A DNA stretch of 64,000 bases from assembly GCF_964213995.1 (NCBI RefSeq), contig NC_135815.1, forward strand, positions 3,038,001 through 3,102,000, written 5' to 3'. Source of the stretch: Mustelus asterias (Eukaryota). Positions 38,283 to 49,489 of this stretch are shown one piece after another. The translations under genes were made by a program, and so were the position numbers. The notes under the pieces were generated by a model. The model was not told the DNA's origin, did not search any database, and saw nothing but the letters and a program-made list of their open reading frames with translations. The first letter of the stretch is position 1; every line of letters begins with the position of its first letter.

Positions 38283-38970
38283 ATAAGAACATGAGAACTA
38301 GGAACAGGAGTAGGCCATCTGGCCCCTCACACCTGCTCCACCATTCAATAAGATTATGGTTGATCTTTTTGTGGACTCAACTCCACTTACCCGCCCGCTC
38401 ACCACAACCTTAATTCCTTTACTGTTCAAAAACCTATCCATCTTTGCCTTAAAAACATTCAACAAGGTAGCCTCAACTGCTTCATTGGGCAGAACATTCC
38501 ACAGATTCACAAGCCTTTGGGTGAAGAAGTTTCTCCTCAACTCAGTCCTAAATCTGCTCTCCCTTATTTTAAGGCTATGCCCCCTAGTTGTAGTTTCACC
38601 TGCCAGTGGAAACAACCTCCCTGCTTCTATCTTATCTACTCCCTTCATAATCTTATATGTTTCTGTAAGATCTCCCCTCATTCTTCTGAACTCCAATGAG
38701 TGTAGTCCAGTCTACCCACTCTCTCCTCATAAGCCAACCCTCTCAACTCCGGAATCAACGTAGTGAATCTCCTCTGCACTCCCTCCAGTGCCAGTACATA
38801 CTTTCTCAAGTAAGGAGACCAAACCTGTACACAGTATTCCAGGTGTGGCCTCACCAGCAACTTATACAGCTGCAACATAACCTCACTGTTTTTGAACTCC
38901 ATCTCTCTAGCAATGAAGGACAAAATTCCATTTGCCTTCTTAATTACCTGCTGCACCTGCAAACCAACTT
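38283..38970 (-). mobile_element. CR1 3' fragment inserted in an older plus-strand CR1 relic (about 38100-39400)
   Basis: ORFs 38678-38962 and 38298-38696. Confidence 0.85.
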
Positions 38971-39424
38971 TTTGGTTTCAGATTCCAGCATCCACAGTGA
39001 TTTACTTTTATTATGTAAAAGCCACACTTCAGCTATACAAGGCTTTGGTTAGATCATATCTGGAGTTACTGTGAGCAGTTCTAGGCACCAGTCTTCAAGA
39101 AGGACATACTGGTCTTGGAAGGAATGAGGTGTGGATTTACTGGAATAATACTAAGGGTAAGCTCTGAGATGAGGTTTTAAAAACTAGTATTGTACTCCCT
39201 TAATTTAGAAAGTTAAGGGTGATTTAATCCAACTTTTCAAAAAATTAGGATAAAGAGATAGGTGAAACTACTTCCATAATTTGGGATGCCCAGGATTAAG
39301 CATGGTCCAAACTCGATGGAATAGAGGCAGATTTTTCACACAAAGGGTGGGAAAGTTTGGAATGTGCTTTCATAAATGACAATTATTGAAAAGTAAATAA
39401 TTTGTTTAAGAAACCTGAAATTTG

Positions 39425-41370
39425 TAAGCAACAGGCGTGCCTAAAAATGAGGTGTCAATCTGGTGAAGCTACCAAACAGGTCTACTTACATGCCAAATGG
39501 CAAAAACAGCAAGTGATAGACAGAGCTGAGCGCTCCCACAACCAATGGATCAGATCTAAGCTCTGCAGTCCTTCCGCATCCAGTCGGGAATGGTGGTGGA
39601 CAATTAAACAACTCATTGGAGGAGGAGGTTCCACAAATATCCCCATCCTCAATGATTGAGGAGCTCACCACATCAGTGTAAAAGATAAGGCTGAAGTACT
39701 CACAGCAATCTTCAGCCAGAAGTGCCAAGTGGATGATACATCTTGGCCTCCTCCAGTGGTTCCCAGCATTTCAGATGCCAGTCTCCAGCCAATTCGATTC
39801 ACTCCACATGATATCAAGAAACGGTTGGAGGCACTGGATACTGCAAAGGCAATGGGCCCTGATAACATTCCGGCAACAGTACTGAAGACTTGCACTCCAG
39901 AACTTGCCGCTCCCCTAGCCAAGCACTTCCAATACAGTTACAACACAGGCATCGACCCAACAATGTGGAAAATTGCCCAAGTATGTCCTGTACACAAAAA
40001 GCAGGACAAATCCAACCTGGCTAATTACTGCCCAATCAGTCTACTCTTGATCATCAGTAAAGTGATGGAAGGGGTCATCAACAGTGCAATCAAGCAGCAC
40101 CTGCTCAGCAATAACCTGCTCAGTGACGTCCAGTTTGGGTTTCGCCAGGGTCACTCAGCTCCTGACCTCATTACAGCCTTGGTTCAAACATGGACAAAAG
40201 AGCTGAATTCCAGAGGTGAGGCAAGAGTGACAACCCTTGACATCAAGGCCGCATTCGACCGTGTGGGGCATCAAGCAACCCTAGTGAAACTGAAATCAAT
40301 GGGTATCGGGGGCAAACTCGCCGCTGGTTGGAGTCATACCTGGTACATAGGAAGATGGTTGTGGAGGGCCAGTCATCTCAGCTCCAGGACATCTCTGCGG
40401 GAGTCCCTCAGGGTAGTGTCCTAGGCCCAACAATCTTCAGCTGCTTCATCAATGACCTTCCCATCATAAAGTCAGAAGTGGGGATGTTCGCCGATGATTG
40501 CACAATGTTCAGCACCATTTGGGACTCCTTAGATACTGAAGCAGTCCATGTTCAAATGCAACAAGATCTGGGCAATATCCAGGCTTGGGCTGACAAGTGG
40601 CAAGTAACATTCGCGCCACACAAATGCCAACCAATGACCATTGCCAATAAGAGACACTCTAACTACCACCCCTTGACATTCAATGGTGTAACCATCACTG
40701 AAACCCCCACTGTCAACATTCTTGGGGTTACCATTGACCAGAAACTGAACCGGACTCACCACATAAACATAGTGGCTACAAGAGCAGATCAGAGGCTCGG
40801 TACACTGCGGCGAGTAACTCACTTCCTGACTCCCCAGAGCCTATACACAATCTACAAGGCACAAGTCAGGAGTGTGATGGAATACTCCCCACTTGCCTGG
40901 ATGGGTGCAGCTCCAACAATACTCAAGAAGCTTTACATCATCCAGGGCAAAGCAGCCTGCTTGATTGGCACCAGATCCACAAACATCCACTCCTTCCACC
41001 ACCAACACTTAGTAGCAGCAGTAGACGCACTGCAGCAATTCACCAAAGATCCTTCGACAGCACCTTTCAAACCCACAACCACTTCCATCTAGAAGGACAA
41101 GGGCAGCACACAAATGGGAACACCACCACCTACAAGTTCCTCTCCAAGCCACTCACCATTCTGACTTGGAAATATATCACCGTTCCTTTGCAGTCACTGG
41201 GTCACAATCCTGGAATTCCCTCCCTAACGGCATTGAGGGTCAACCCACAGAACATGGACTGCAGCGATTCGAGAAGGCAGCTCACCACCACCTTCTCAAG
41301 GACAACTAGGGATGGGCAATAAATACTGGCCAGCCAGCAATGCCCATGTCCCATGAATGAATAAAAAAAC
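39425..41370 (+). mobile_element. LINE family B, longest copy (RT domain, frameshifted)
   Basis: ORFs 39729-40424 (KAMGPDNIP, NYCPISLL, QFGFR, LDIKAAFD) and 40328-41092 ([12 protein letters not shown]). Confidence 0.9.
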
Positions 41371-42091
41371 AAATTGTTAGTCAACGGTATGAAGGGATAT
41401 GGACTTAAGGTGTAGTCTACAACATCAGGTCAGCATCTAACAATTCTGTGATGAGTAACTCCCCAAAGCCACAGGAGTGTGATGGATTGCTCTCCATTTG
41501 CCTGAGAGTGCAGCTCCAACAACATTCAAGATGTTTGACGCCAACCAAGACAAAATATTGTGCAATGAAGAGAGGCTCGTTAGGCTGGGGTTGTTTTCCT
41601 TTGGGCAGATAAGGCTGAAGGGGGACCTGATCAAGGTGTATATAATTCTGAAAGACATAGGTAGGTGGAATGGAACTTTTCCCCTTGGTAGAGGGGTCAA
41701 TAACCAGGGAGACATAGATTTAAGGCAAGGGGCAGGGATTTGAGAAAAAACTTTTTCACCTAGAGGGTGGAACTCACTGTTTGACAAGGGTGTCAGAGGC
41801 TGGAACCCTCACAACATTTAAGAAGCATTTGGATGAGCACTTGAAATACTGTAGCATACAGGCTAGGCACCAAGTGCTGGAAAATGGGATTAGGACAGGT
41901 GCTTGTTGGGCAGTTCAAAAACAATGGACTGAAGGGCCTCTTTCTGTGCTGTAAAACTCTATGATTCTACCAATATCTCAATCTATATTTGGATAAATGA
42001 AGTCCCTCATTAGAATTAAGCTATGATTTTTGCAAGTCCCTGTAATTTCTCTGATTTATTACTTTCTCCTTTACTCTGGCTCAGTTTTTAA

Positions 42092-42553
42092 GATGTGGAG
42101 ATGCCGGCGTTGGACTGGGGTAAACACAGTAAGGGTTTTAACAACACCAGGTTAAAGTCCAACAGGTTTATTTGGTAGCAAATGCCATTAGCTTTTGGAG
42201 CGCTGCTCCTTCGTCAGATGGAGTGGATATCTGCTGTCAAACAGGGCATACAGAGACACAAAATCAAGTTACAGAATACTGATTAGAATGCGAATCTCTA
42301 CAGTCAACCAGGTCTTAAAGATACAGACAATGTCTCACAATTCAATGAGACATTGTCTGTATCTTTAAGACCTGGTTGGCTGTAGAGATTCGCATTCTAA
42401 TCAGTATTCTGTAACTTGATTTTGTGTCTCTGTATGCCCTGTTTGAGAGCAGATATCCAATCCATCTGACGAAGGAGCAGCGCTCCAAAAGCTAATGGCA
42501 TTTGCTACCAAATAAACCTGTTGGTCTTTAACCTGGTGTTGTTAAAACTCTTA
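42092..42553. mobile_element. Penelope-like element remnant arranged as a long palindrome
   Basis: 210-bp inverted arms (42128-42337 / 42346-42555) with an 8-nt loop; flanking direct repeat CTCAGTTTTTAA (42080-42091, 42554-42565); hammerhead-like motif in each arm. Confidence 0.8.
42462..42498 (+). ncRNA. Minimal type I hammerhead ribozyme-like motif (G12A variant); mirrored at 42185-42221 on the minus strand
   Basis: CCAU-CUGACGA-A-GGAGC agc GCUCC-AAAA-GC-UA-AUGG: stem I CCAU/AUGG, core CUGANGA, stem II, palindromic AGCU at stem III. Confidence 0.65.
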
Positions 42554-42815
42554 CTCAGTTTTTAACTCAGTTCTTTTCACAGTAATTTCATTGGTGTTAA
42601 TGTAAGCCTACTTGTGACACTAATAAATAAAGTAACTTAGCACTAAAATAGTGTATTGCATTTTGTGCCCCCTGGCCTGGTATTCCTCTCCTGGTTTTTG
42701 CCTGATATTTTCTCATGACTGTCATGTGACAACTCCCAGAATGATACCCAATTCCTCCCAACATTGACAGGATGATGCTTCTATCTAAACTTTGACACTT
42801 GCCACAACCACATCT

Positions 42816-43117
42816 TTTAATTATTAGTGTCACAAGTCGGCTTACATTAAACTGCAATTAAGTTACAGTGAAAATCCCCTAGTCACCACACTCCGGCGCC
42901 TGTTCGGGTACACTGAGGAAGAATTTAGCATGGCCAATGCACCTAACCAGCACGTCTTTTGGACTGTGGGAGGAAACCAGAGCACCCGGAGGAAACCCAC
43001 GCAGACACAGGGAGAACGTGCAGACTCCGCACAGACAGTAACCCAAGCTGGGAATCGAACCCGGGTCCCTGGCGTTAGCAGGGGATCTGTTAGCAGTGCT
43101 AACCACTGTGCCACCCC
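42816..43117 (-). mobile_element. HE1-like SINE with alternative tail
   Basis: Same family as 16528-16835; a further tail fragment lies on the plus strand at about 42572-42632. Confidence 0.8.
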
Positions 43118-43489
43118 TGTTGATTCCCCCACCTACCACGCAGGTTGAACCGAGCCTCCTCTCCTCTCCCCCTTTGGAGATGGGGACACTTGTTCTCTGC
43201 CCAGTGACGCTGAATGTCACACTGAGAACTGAACTGTAGCAACAAGAGATGGGAATGTAGCCTTGTTCACTGCACAATTCACACATGTGAATGTGGCCAT
43301 GGTGTTTGCAGTGCCTCCAGCCTTGACCTCAGTGCATTGACACAGTGCCCTTGGGGTGGGGGATAGAGATGTTGTTATTGTGTTTCCCCGCACAGGAACA
43401 ACTCAAGGATACACAGCGTCTGATTTGTAACAGTTTTAGTCTCTGCTGTGTGTGTAAGAAAGAAAGGGAAGGTCCACATTGTGCAAGGC

Positions 43490-43880
43490 TGCAGCGGCGG
43501 AGCCCCAACCCCACACACACTGCAACGTCCGCATTCCAAACCTGAGGGACGCCGCCGTTGATATATAAATGCAATCCATACCTGCCAGAGACCCCCGTCC
43601 CGTCCCGTCCCGCCAGGTAAGGAGCCCGCGCGCCGCCACCCACCTGGAAGCCGGGGCCCCTCTCGTGCGCGCGCACTCAGTCAGCGCGCACGCACGGGGC
43701 GCGCTCCCGAGAGGGGGGTCCGGCCAATCAGCGTTGGCGGGAGGGCAGGTATTTGCATACCGTGCCCGTCTCCCTCTCCTGTGGGCACTCGAAAGCCCAT
43801 TGGCCAGAGGCGGCTGTCAGTCAGAGTAGGCAGTGACCAATAGGAATGCGGTGTTGTGAGGCCAGGACCCGCCCTCCCAG
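43490..43880. promoter_or_regulatory. CpG-island promoter, probably bidirectional
   Basis: Only clearly non-repeat CpG-dense tract in the window; TATATAAA 43562; CCAAT about 43723 and 43837; ATTGG about 43799; octamer ATTTGCAT 43751; GC box CCCGCCC about 43868; splice donors pointing in both directions. Confidence 0.75.
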
Positions 43881-43966
43881 AGGCTGTGGATTGTGTCTGT
43901 CACTGGGCTGCACCCTCACATTGCTGCTCCTGTTTCTAACTGCTGTGTGTGTCTTCACACGTCCAG
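43846..43966 (+). other. Candidate first exon of the plus-strand gene (5'UTR or uORF/signal-anchor MRCCEAR..LTLLLLFLTAVCVFTRP)
   Basis: Strong donor CCAG|gtaaat at 43966 directly downstream of the promoter elements; exact start unknown. Confidence 0.55.
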
Positions 43967-45204
43967 GTAAATACTCTCCAATTCTTCTCTGCGCTCTCAC
44001 TGATGTGAAGAGAGGGGGGGGGGGGGGGGTTGATGGTGACTCTGCATTGAGGGAGACATTGGGGGCAGGTTGAAGCTATTGAAAGCTCTCTGTCTGTCTC
44101 GGTAACTGGTTCCAGCCTGTTCACACTGGCTGCTGTTCAGTCAAAGCTCTCCTCATACCTTAATCAATACACTCTGGCAATCTCAAACCACCAGAGAAAC
44201 TGCTGCCAACATCCAGCAGCTCGGCAAAAGCCGAAATCGGAAAGAAGAACAAATTATTTTTTGTTTAAAAATTGGGAGAAGTTGCATTGAAAAAAACACC
44301 TCTGGTGCTCACAGGATGTCCCAGTGCTCTTTGCAGCCGCTGTTGTGTTTTGTTATGTAGAAAACACGACAGGATTTGCACAAACAGCAGTGAGATAATG
44401 GGAGATGTTTTTATTCCTTGTCGTGTTTTGGTTGTTGTGAGTTAAACCTTCACCGGAATACTGAGAACCTGCTTTGCTTCAAAACAGCGTTCATTAGAGG
44501 TTCTGTTAACATCCACACGATTAAGGGGAAAATGGTGCCTGGGTTTAATGTCTTGTCCTGAAAGATGGCACCTCCGACAGTGCAGTAAGTTCCAGTACTG
44601 CCAGCCTTGATGTGAAGTGAGTGTTTCAGGTTGACGGCTTTTCATCAGAATCGGAAAATGTTTTATTTTTATGATATTGATTGTGGGATAAATATTGGCG
44701 AGAACTCAGGTTTTTAAGTAAGTATGGAGGCAGGGAAAAGGGGGAGAGAGAGGACAAAAAGGCGATCTGTGGCAAGCAGAATAGATTGAATGATAAAGCA
44801 AAATGGGACAGGAATATATATACTTGAGACAGAGAGATCAGTAGATTTTCTGATGTATTTGTATAGCTCGTTAATGTGATAAACATCCTAATGTGCTCCA
44901 CAGGATTCTTAGAAAACAAAATATGACACAGCCACATTAGTTAGGGCAGGTGGACAAAGGTTTGGTGAAAAAGGGAGGTTTTAAGGAGTGCCTTAAGTTT
45001 TAAGAGAGAGGTATAGAGGCAGGGAAGTTTGTGAAGGGAGTTCTAGGTCTTGACTGTTGAAAACACAACTTCTCAAATTTAAAATCAAATCCCGACCAGT
45101 TTCCTTATCACAAATTGCTCTTTTTAATGTTTTTCTCTGTCTTTCAGGAGGAAAAATCTTGTCTGTTCAATTGATTGGTTACTGATGATGTGTCACATTC
45201 TGGG

Positions 45205-45294
45205 ATGACTCGCACGGCCATGTTTTTGAATCACTTTGACTATTTTTATTTACGTAGAAAAAAACGGATTAAGAAATTTAGGAAAAGCAAAGAG
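45205..45294 (+). CDS. Candidate first coding segment of an unidentified gene: MTRTAMFLNHFDYFYLRRKKRIKKFRKSKE (exon 45148-45294)
   Basis: Strong acceptor tttttctctgtctttcag|G at 45148; in-frame upstream stop before ATG 45205; donor GAG|gtattg; non-repetitive sequence. Confidence 0.5.
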
Positions 45295-45419
45295 GTATTG
45301 GGTAATACTAAGTGACAGCCATAGCTCCCTGGGTAGTACTCTTCCTTTCTGAGTCAGAAAGTCGTGGGTTTGAGTTGCATTTCATGGACTTGAGCCCAGA
45401 ATCTAGGCTGACTCAGTAA

Positions 45420-48400
45420 TAATCTCAGGATCACTCCCAGTGCCACATGCTAAAGCAGGAATAAGAGAATAGACCGGATGAATGCGTGGCTGGAGAGATG
45501 GTGTAGGAGGGAGGGATTTGAATTCCTGAGGATATGGAGCGTGAAGAAAGGTTGAACAAACATGGATTGTTTTCATTGGAGCATCAGAGGATGAGGAGAG
45601 GAGGGGGGGGGGGGGGGGCGGGGGGGGACCTGATAGAGATTTACAAGATTATGACAGGCTTGGATAGAGTGGATCGTCAGAGTCTTTTTCCCAGGGTTGA
45701 AGGGTCAATTACTCAGGGGGCATCGGTTGAAAGTGAGAGGGGGAAAGTTTAAAAGTGATGTAAGAGGCAATTCTTTCACACAGAGGGTGGTGAATGCCTG
45801 AAACGCGCTGTTGGAGGAGGTGGTGGAAGCAGATTCTATAACAACGTTCAAGAGGCATCTGGATAGATACATGAATAGGCAGGGAATAGAGGGATATGGA
45901 CCACACAGAGACAAGAAAATATTAGATTAGAGAGGCATCTGTGTCAGCACAGACTTGGTGGGCCGAAGGGCCTGTTCCTGTGCTGTACTGTTCTTTGAGA
46001 CATTGGGATCAATTCTGGGTAAGATGGGATCTGTGCAGGCTGGACAGGTTGCACCCCAGCTGGACCAATATCCCTGCAGGGGTATTTGTTCGTGCTGTTG
46101 GGGAGAGTTTAAACTAGAGTGGAGGGGAATGGGAATCTGAGTGGGGAGATAAGAGAGGGAAACAAAAATAGAAGTGAAAGACAGAAGAGTAGAAAACTCA
46201 AGTGGAAGGCAGAAGAAACAAGGGCTAGCAGCAAATAGGCCATAGCACAAAAACAATGTAAAAGTGTTAAAAAGACAAGTCTAAAGGCAGTATGTCTGAA
46301 TGCACAGAGCATTCGCAATAAGGTAGACAAATTAACAGCGGTATACATGGATATGACATGATTGCGATTACGGAGACATGGTTGCTGGGTGACCAAGGCT
46401 GGGAACTGAATATCCAAGGGTATTCAATCTTTAGGAAGGACAGACAAAAAGGAAAGGAGGTAGGTGAGGTTGTTAGTTAAAGATGAAGTCAGTGCGATAG
46501 TGAGAAAAGGTATTGGCTCAGAAAATCTAGATGCCGAATGGGTCTGGGTGGAACGAAGAAGCAACAAGGGACTGAAAACATTAGTGGGAGTTGTCTGTTG
46601 GCCTCCAAACAGTAATGGTAAAGTCGGGGATGTCCTTAAACAGGAAATTAGAAATGCTTGTAAGAAGGGTGACTTTAATCTACGTATATACTGGACAAAT
46701 CAAATTAGCAACAATACTGTGACAGATGAATTCAAGGAGTGTGTACAAGATGTTCTTTTAAGACCAGTATGTTGAGGGACCAACTAGGGAACATGCTATC
46801 CTAGTTTTGATGTGATGCAATTAGAAATGTTTATTTAATAATCTTGTTGTGCAGTGTTCTTTAGGAATCAGCAACTATAATACGATAGAATTTTTCATTA
46901 GTATAGAAGTGACATGGGAAGGCAATGGCCTAGTGGTATTATCGCTAGACTATTAATCCAGAAACTCAGCTAATGTTCTGGGGACCCGGGTTCAAATCCC
47001 GCCACGGCAGATGGTGGAATTTGAATTCAATAAAAAATTTGGAATTAAGAATCTACTGTTGACCATGAAACCATTGTTGATTGTCGGAAAAACCCACCTG
47101 GTTCACCAATGTCCATTTAGGGAAGGAAATCTGCCGTCCTTACCTGGTCTGGCCTACATCTGACTCCAGAGCCACAGCAATCTGGTTGACTCTCAACTGC
47201 CCTCGAGCAACTAGGGATGGGCAATAAATGCTGGCCAGCCAGCAACGCCTAAGTCCAACAAGTGAATAGAATGTGAAGAAGACCAATCAAACTAGGTTCC
47301 AAAATCTGAACAAAGGAAATTATGAAAGTATGAGGCCTGAGTTGGCTAAGATAGATTGGGGAACTTTGTTAAAAGGCATGAAGGTGGACAGGCATTGTCT
47401 AATACTCAAGGAATGAATGTATGCATTGCAAAAACACAAGGAAAATGATCCAAGCATGCCTTACAGAAGAAATAAAGGATGGTTTTAAATCCAAAGAGGA
47501 GTCATATAAAGTTACTCGAAAAAGTAACAAGCCTGAGGATTGGGAGCAGTTTCGTATTCAGCAAAGGAGGACCAAGAGATTTGAGTCAGAGAGCAAAATA
47601 GAGTATGAGAGCAAAAGTGCAAGGAACGTAAAAGTGGATTGTAAAAGCTTCTGTAAGTATATAAAAACAAACGGATTAGCGAAGACAGCCCAAAACAAGA
47701 GATTTTATAATAGAGAACAAGGAAATGGCAGAGCAATTAAACAATTAATTTAGTTCTGTCTTCACAGAGGAAGATATAAATAACTTCCTAGAAATGCTAA
47801 GGAACCAAGGATCTAGTACAAAGGAGGAATTGAAGGAAATTAATATTACTAGAAAAATAGTGTTGGTGAAATTAATGGGACTGAAAGTCATTAAATCCCC
47901 AGGGCTGAGAATGTAATTTCCAGGGTACTAAGAGAGTTGGCCATGGAAATAATGGATGCATTAGTTGTCATCTACAAAATTCTGTACATTATGGAACAGT
48001 CCGACAGATTGGAGGGTGACAAGTGTAACTCTGATATTTAACAAAGGAGGGAGGGCGAAAACAAGGAATTACAGACTGGTTAGCCTAACATCAGTAGTAG
48101 GGAAAATGCTGGAGTCCATTATAAAGGATGCGATAACAGGACACTTAGAAAACATCAACGGGATTAGACAGATCAACATGGATTTATGAAAGGGAAACCC
48201 TGTTTGACAATCCTACTGGAGTTTTTTTTTTGTGGATGTAACTAGTAGAATAGATAAGGGTGAACCAGTGGATGTGGTGTATTGGGATTTTCAGAAAGCT
48301 TTTGATAAAGTCCCAATAAGTGTGCAAAATTAAAGAGCATGGGATTGAGGATAATGTATTAGCATGGATTGAGAATTGGTTCACAGACAGGAACCTGAGA

Positions 48401-49390
48401 GTGGGAATAAATGGGTCTTTTTCAGAGTGGCAGGCAGTGACCAGTGGGGTCCCACAGGGTTCAGTGCTTGGGCCCCAGCTATTCACGATATACATCAATG
48501 ATTTGAATGAGGGAACCAAATGTAATATTTTCAAGGTTGCTAACGACAGGATGTTAAGAGGCTTCAGGGTGATTCTGGAAAGTTGAATGAGTGGGCAAAT
48601 ACATGACAGATGCAGCATAATGGGGATAAATGTGAAATTACCCACTTTGGACAGAGAAACAGAATGGCAGAGTATTATTTAAATAGTGATAGCTGGGAAA
48701 TCCTGACTTGCAAAGGGACCTGGGTGTCCTATTACACCAGTTAATGAAAGCAAGAATGCAGGTACAACAAACAGTTAGGAAGGCAAATGGTATGTTAGTC
48801 TTCATTGCAAGAGGATTTGAGTACAGGAGCAATTGATGTCTTACTGCAGCTGGTGAGACCACACCTGGAGCACTGTGTGCAGTTTTGGTCTCTTTGTCTA
48901 AGAAAGGATATACTTGCCATATAGAGGAAGTTTAGCAAAGGTTCACCAAACTGTTTCCTGGGGTGGCAGGATTGTTGAATGAGGAGAGATTGGGTCAACT
49001 GGACCTGAATTCACTGGAATTTAGAAAAATGAGATTTAATTGAAATGAATAAAATTCTGCCAGGGCTGGACAGACTGGATGCAAGGATGTTGTTTGCTCT
49101 GGCTGGGGGTGCCTAAAACAAAGGTTCACAGTCTCAGGATACAGATAGGCCATTTAGGACTGAGATGAGGAGAAGGTTCTTCGAGGGTGAGGAACCTGTG
49201 GAATTCTGTACAACAAAAGACTGTGGAGACTAAGTCACGAATATATTTAAGAAGGAAATAGATATATTTCTAGACCCTAAAAGATGTCAAAGGTATGGGG
49301 AGAGCGTGGGAGTATGGTGTTGAGATAGAGGATTAGCCATGATCCTGTTGAATGTCGGAGCAGGTTCAAAGGGCTGAATGGCCCACTCAG
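45420..49390 (+). mobile_element. Long degraded CR1 (ORF1 end, endonuclease, RT, 3' UTR) with a nested CR1 tail (45530-45996)
   Basis: CLNAQSIRNKVD endonuclease start about 46290; RNYRLVSLTS; PQGSVLGP; 3' UTR about 49380. Confidence 0.8.
46916..47270 (+). mobile_element. tRNA-derived SINE family B
   Basis: A box tggcctagtggt; B box gggttcaaatccc; LINE-B tail. Confidence 0.82.
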
Positions 49391-49489
49391 TGCAGTATTG
49401 GTGTGCTGTTTTTCGCACTGAGACACTACTCCATCTCAGTGGATCTTTTTCGAAAGAAATCAAGGAAGTCGTGAAGGCCCTCACTCCAG

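Noticed and set aside
43605-43625. U1 snRNA-like CTTACCTGGC on the minus strand with a nearby octamer
   Set aside because: Simply the complement of a consensus splice donor; the rest of U1 is absent
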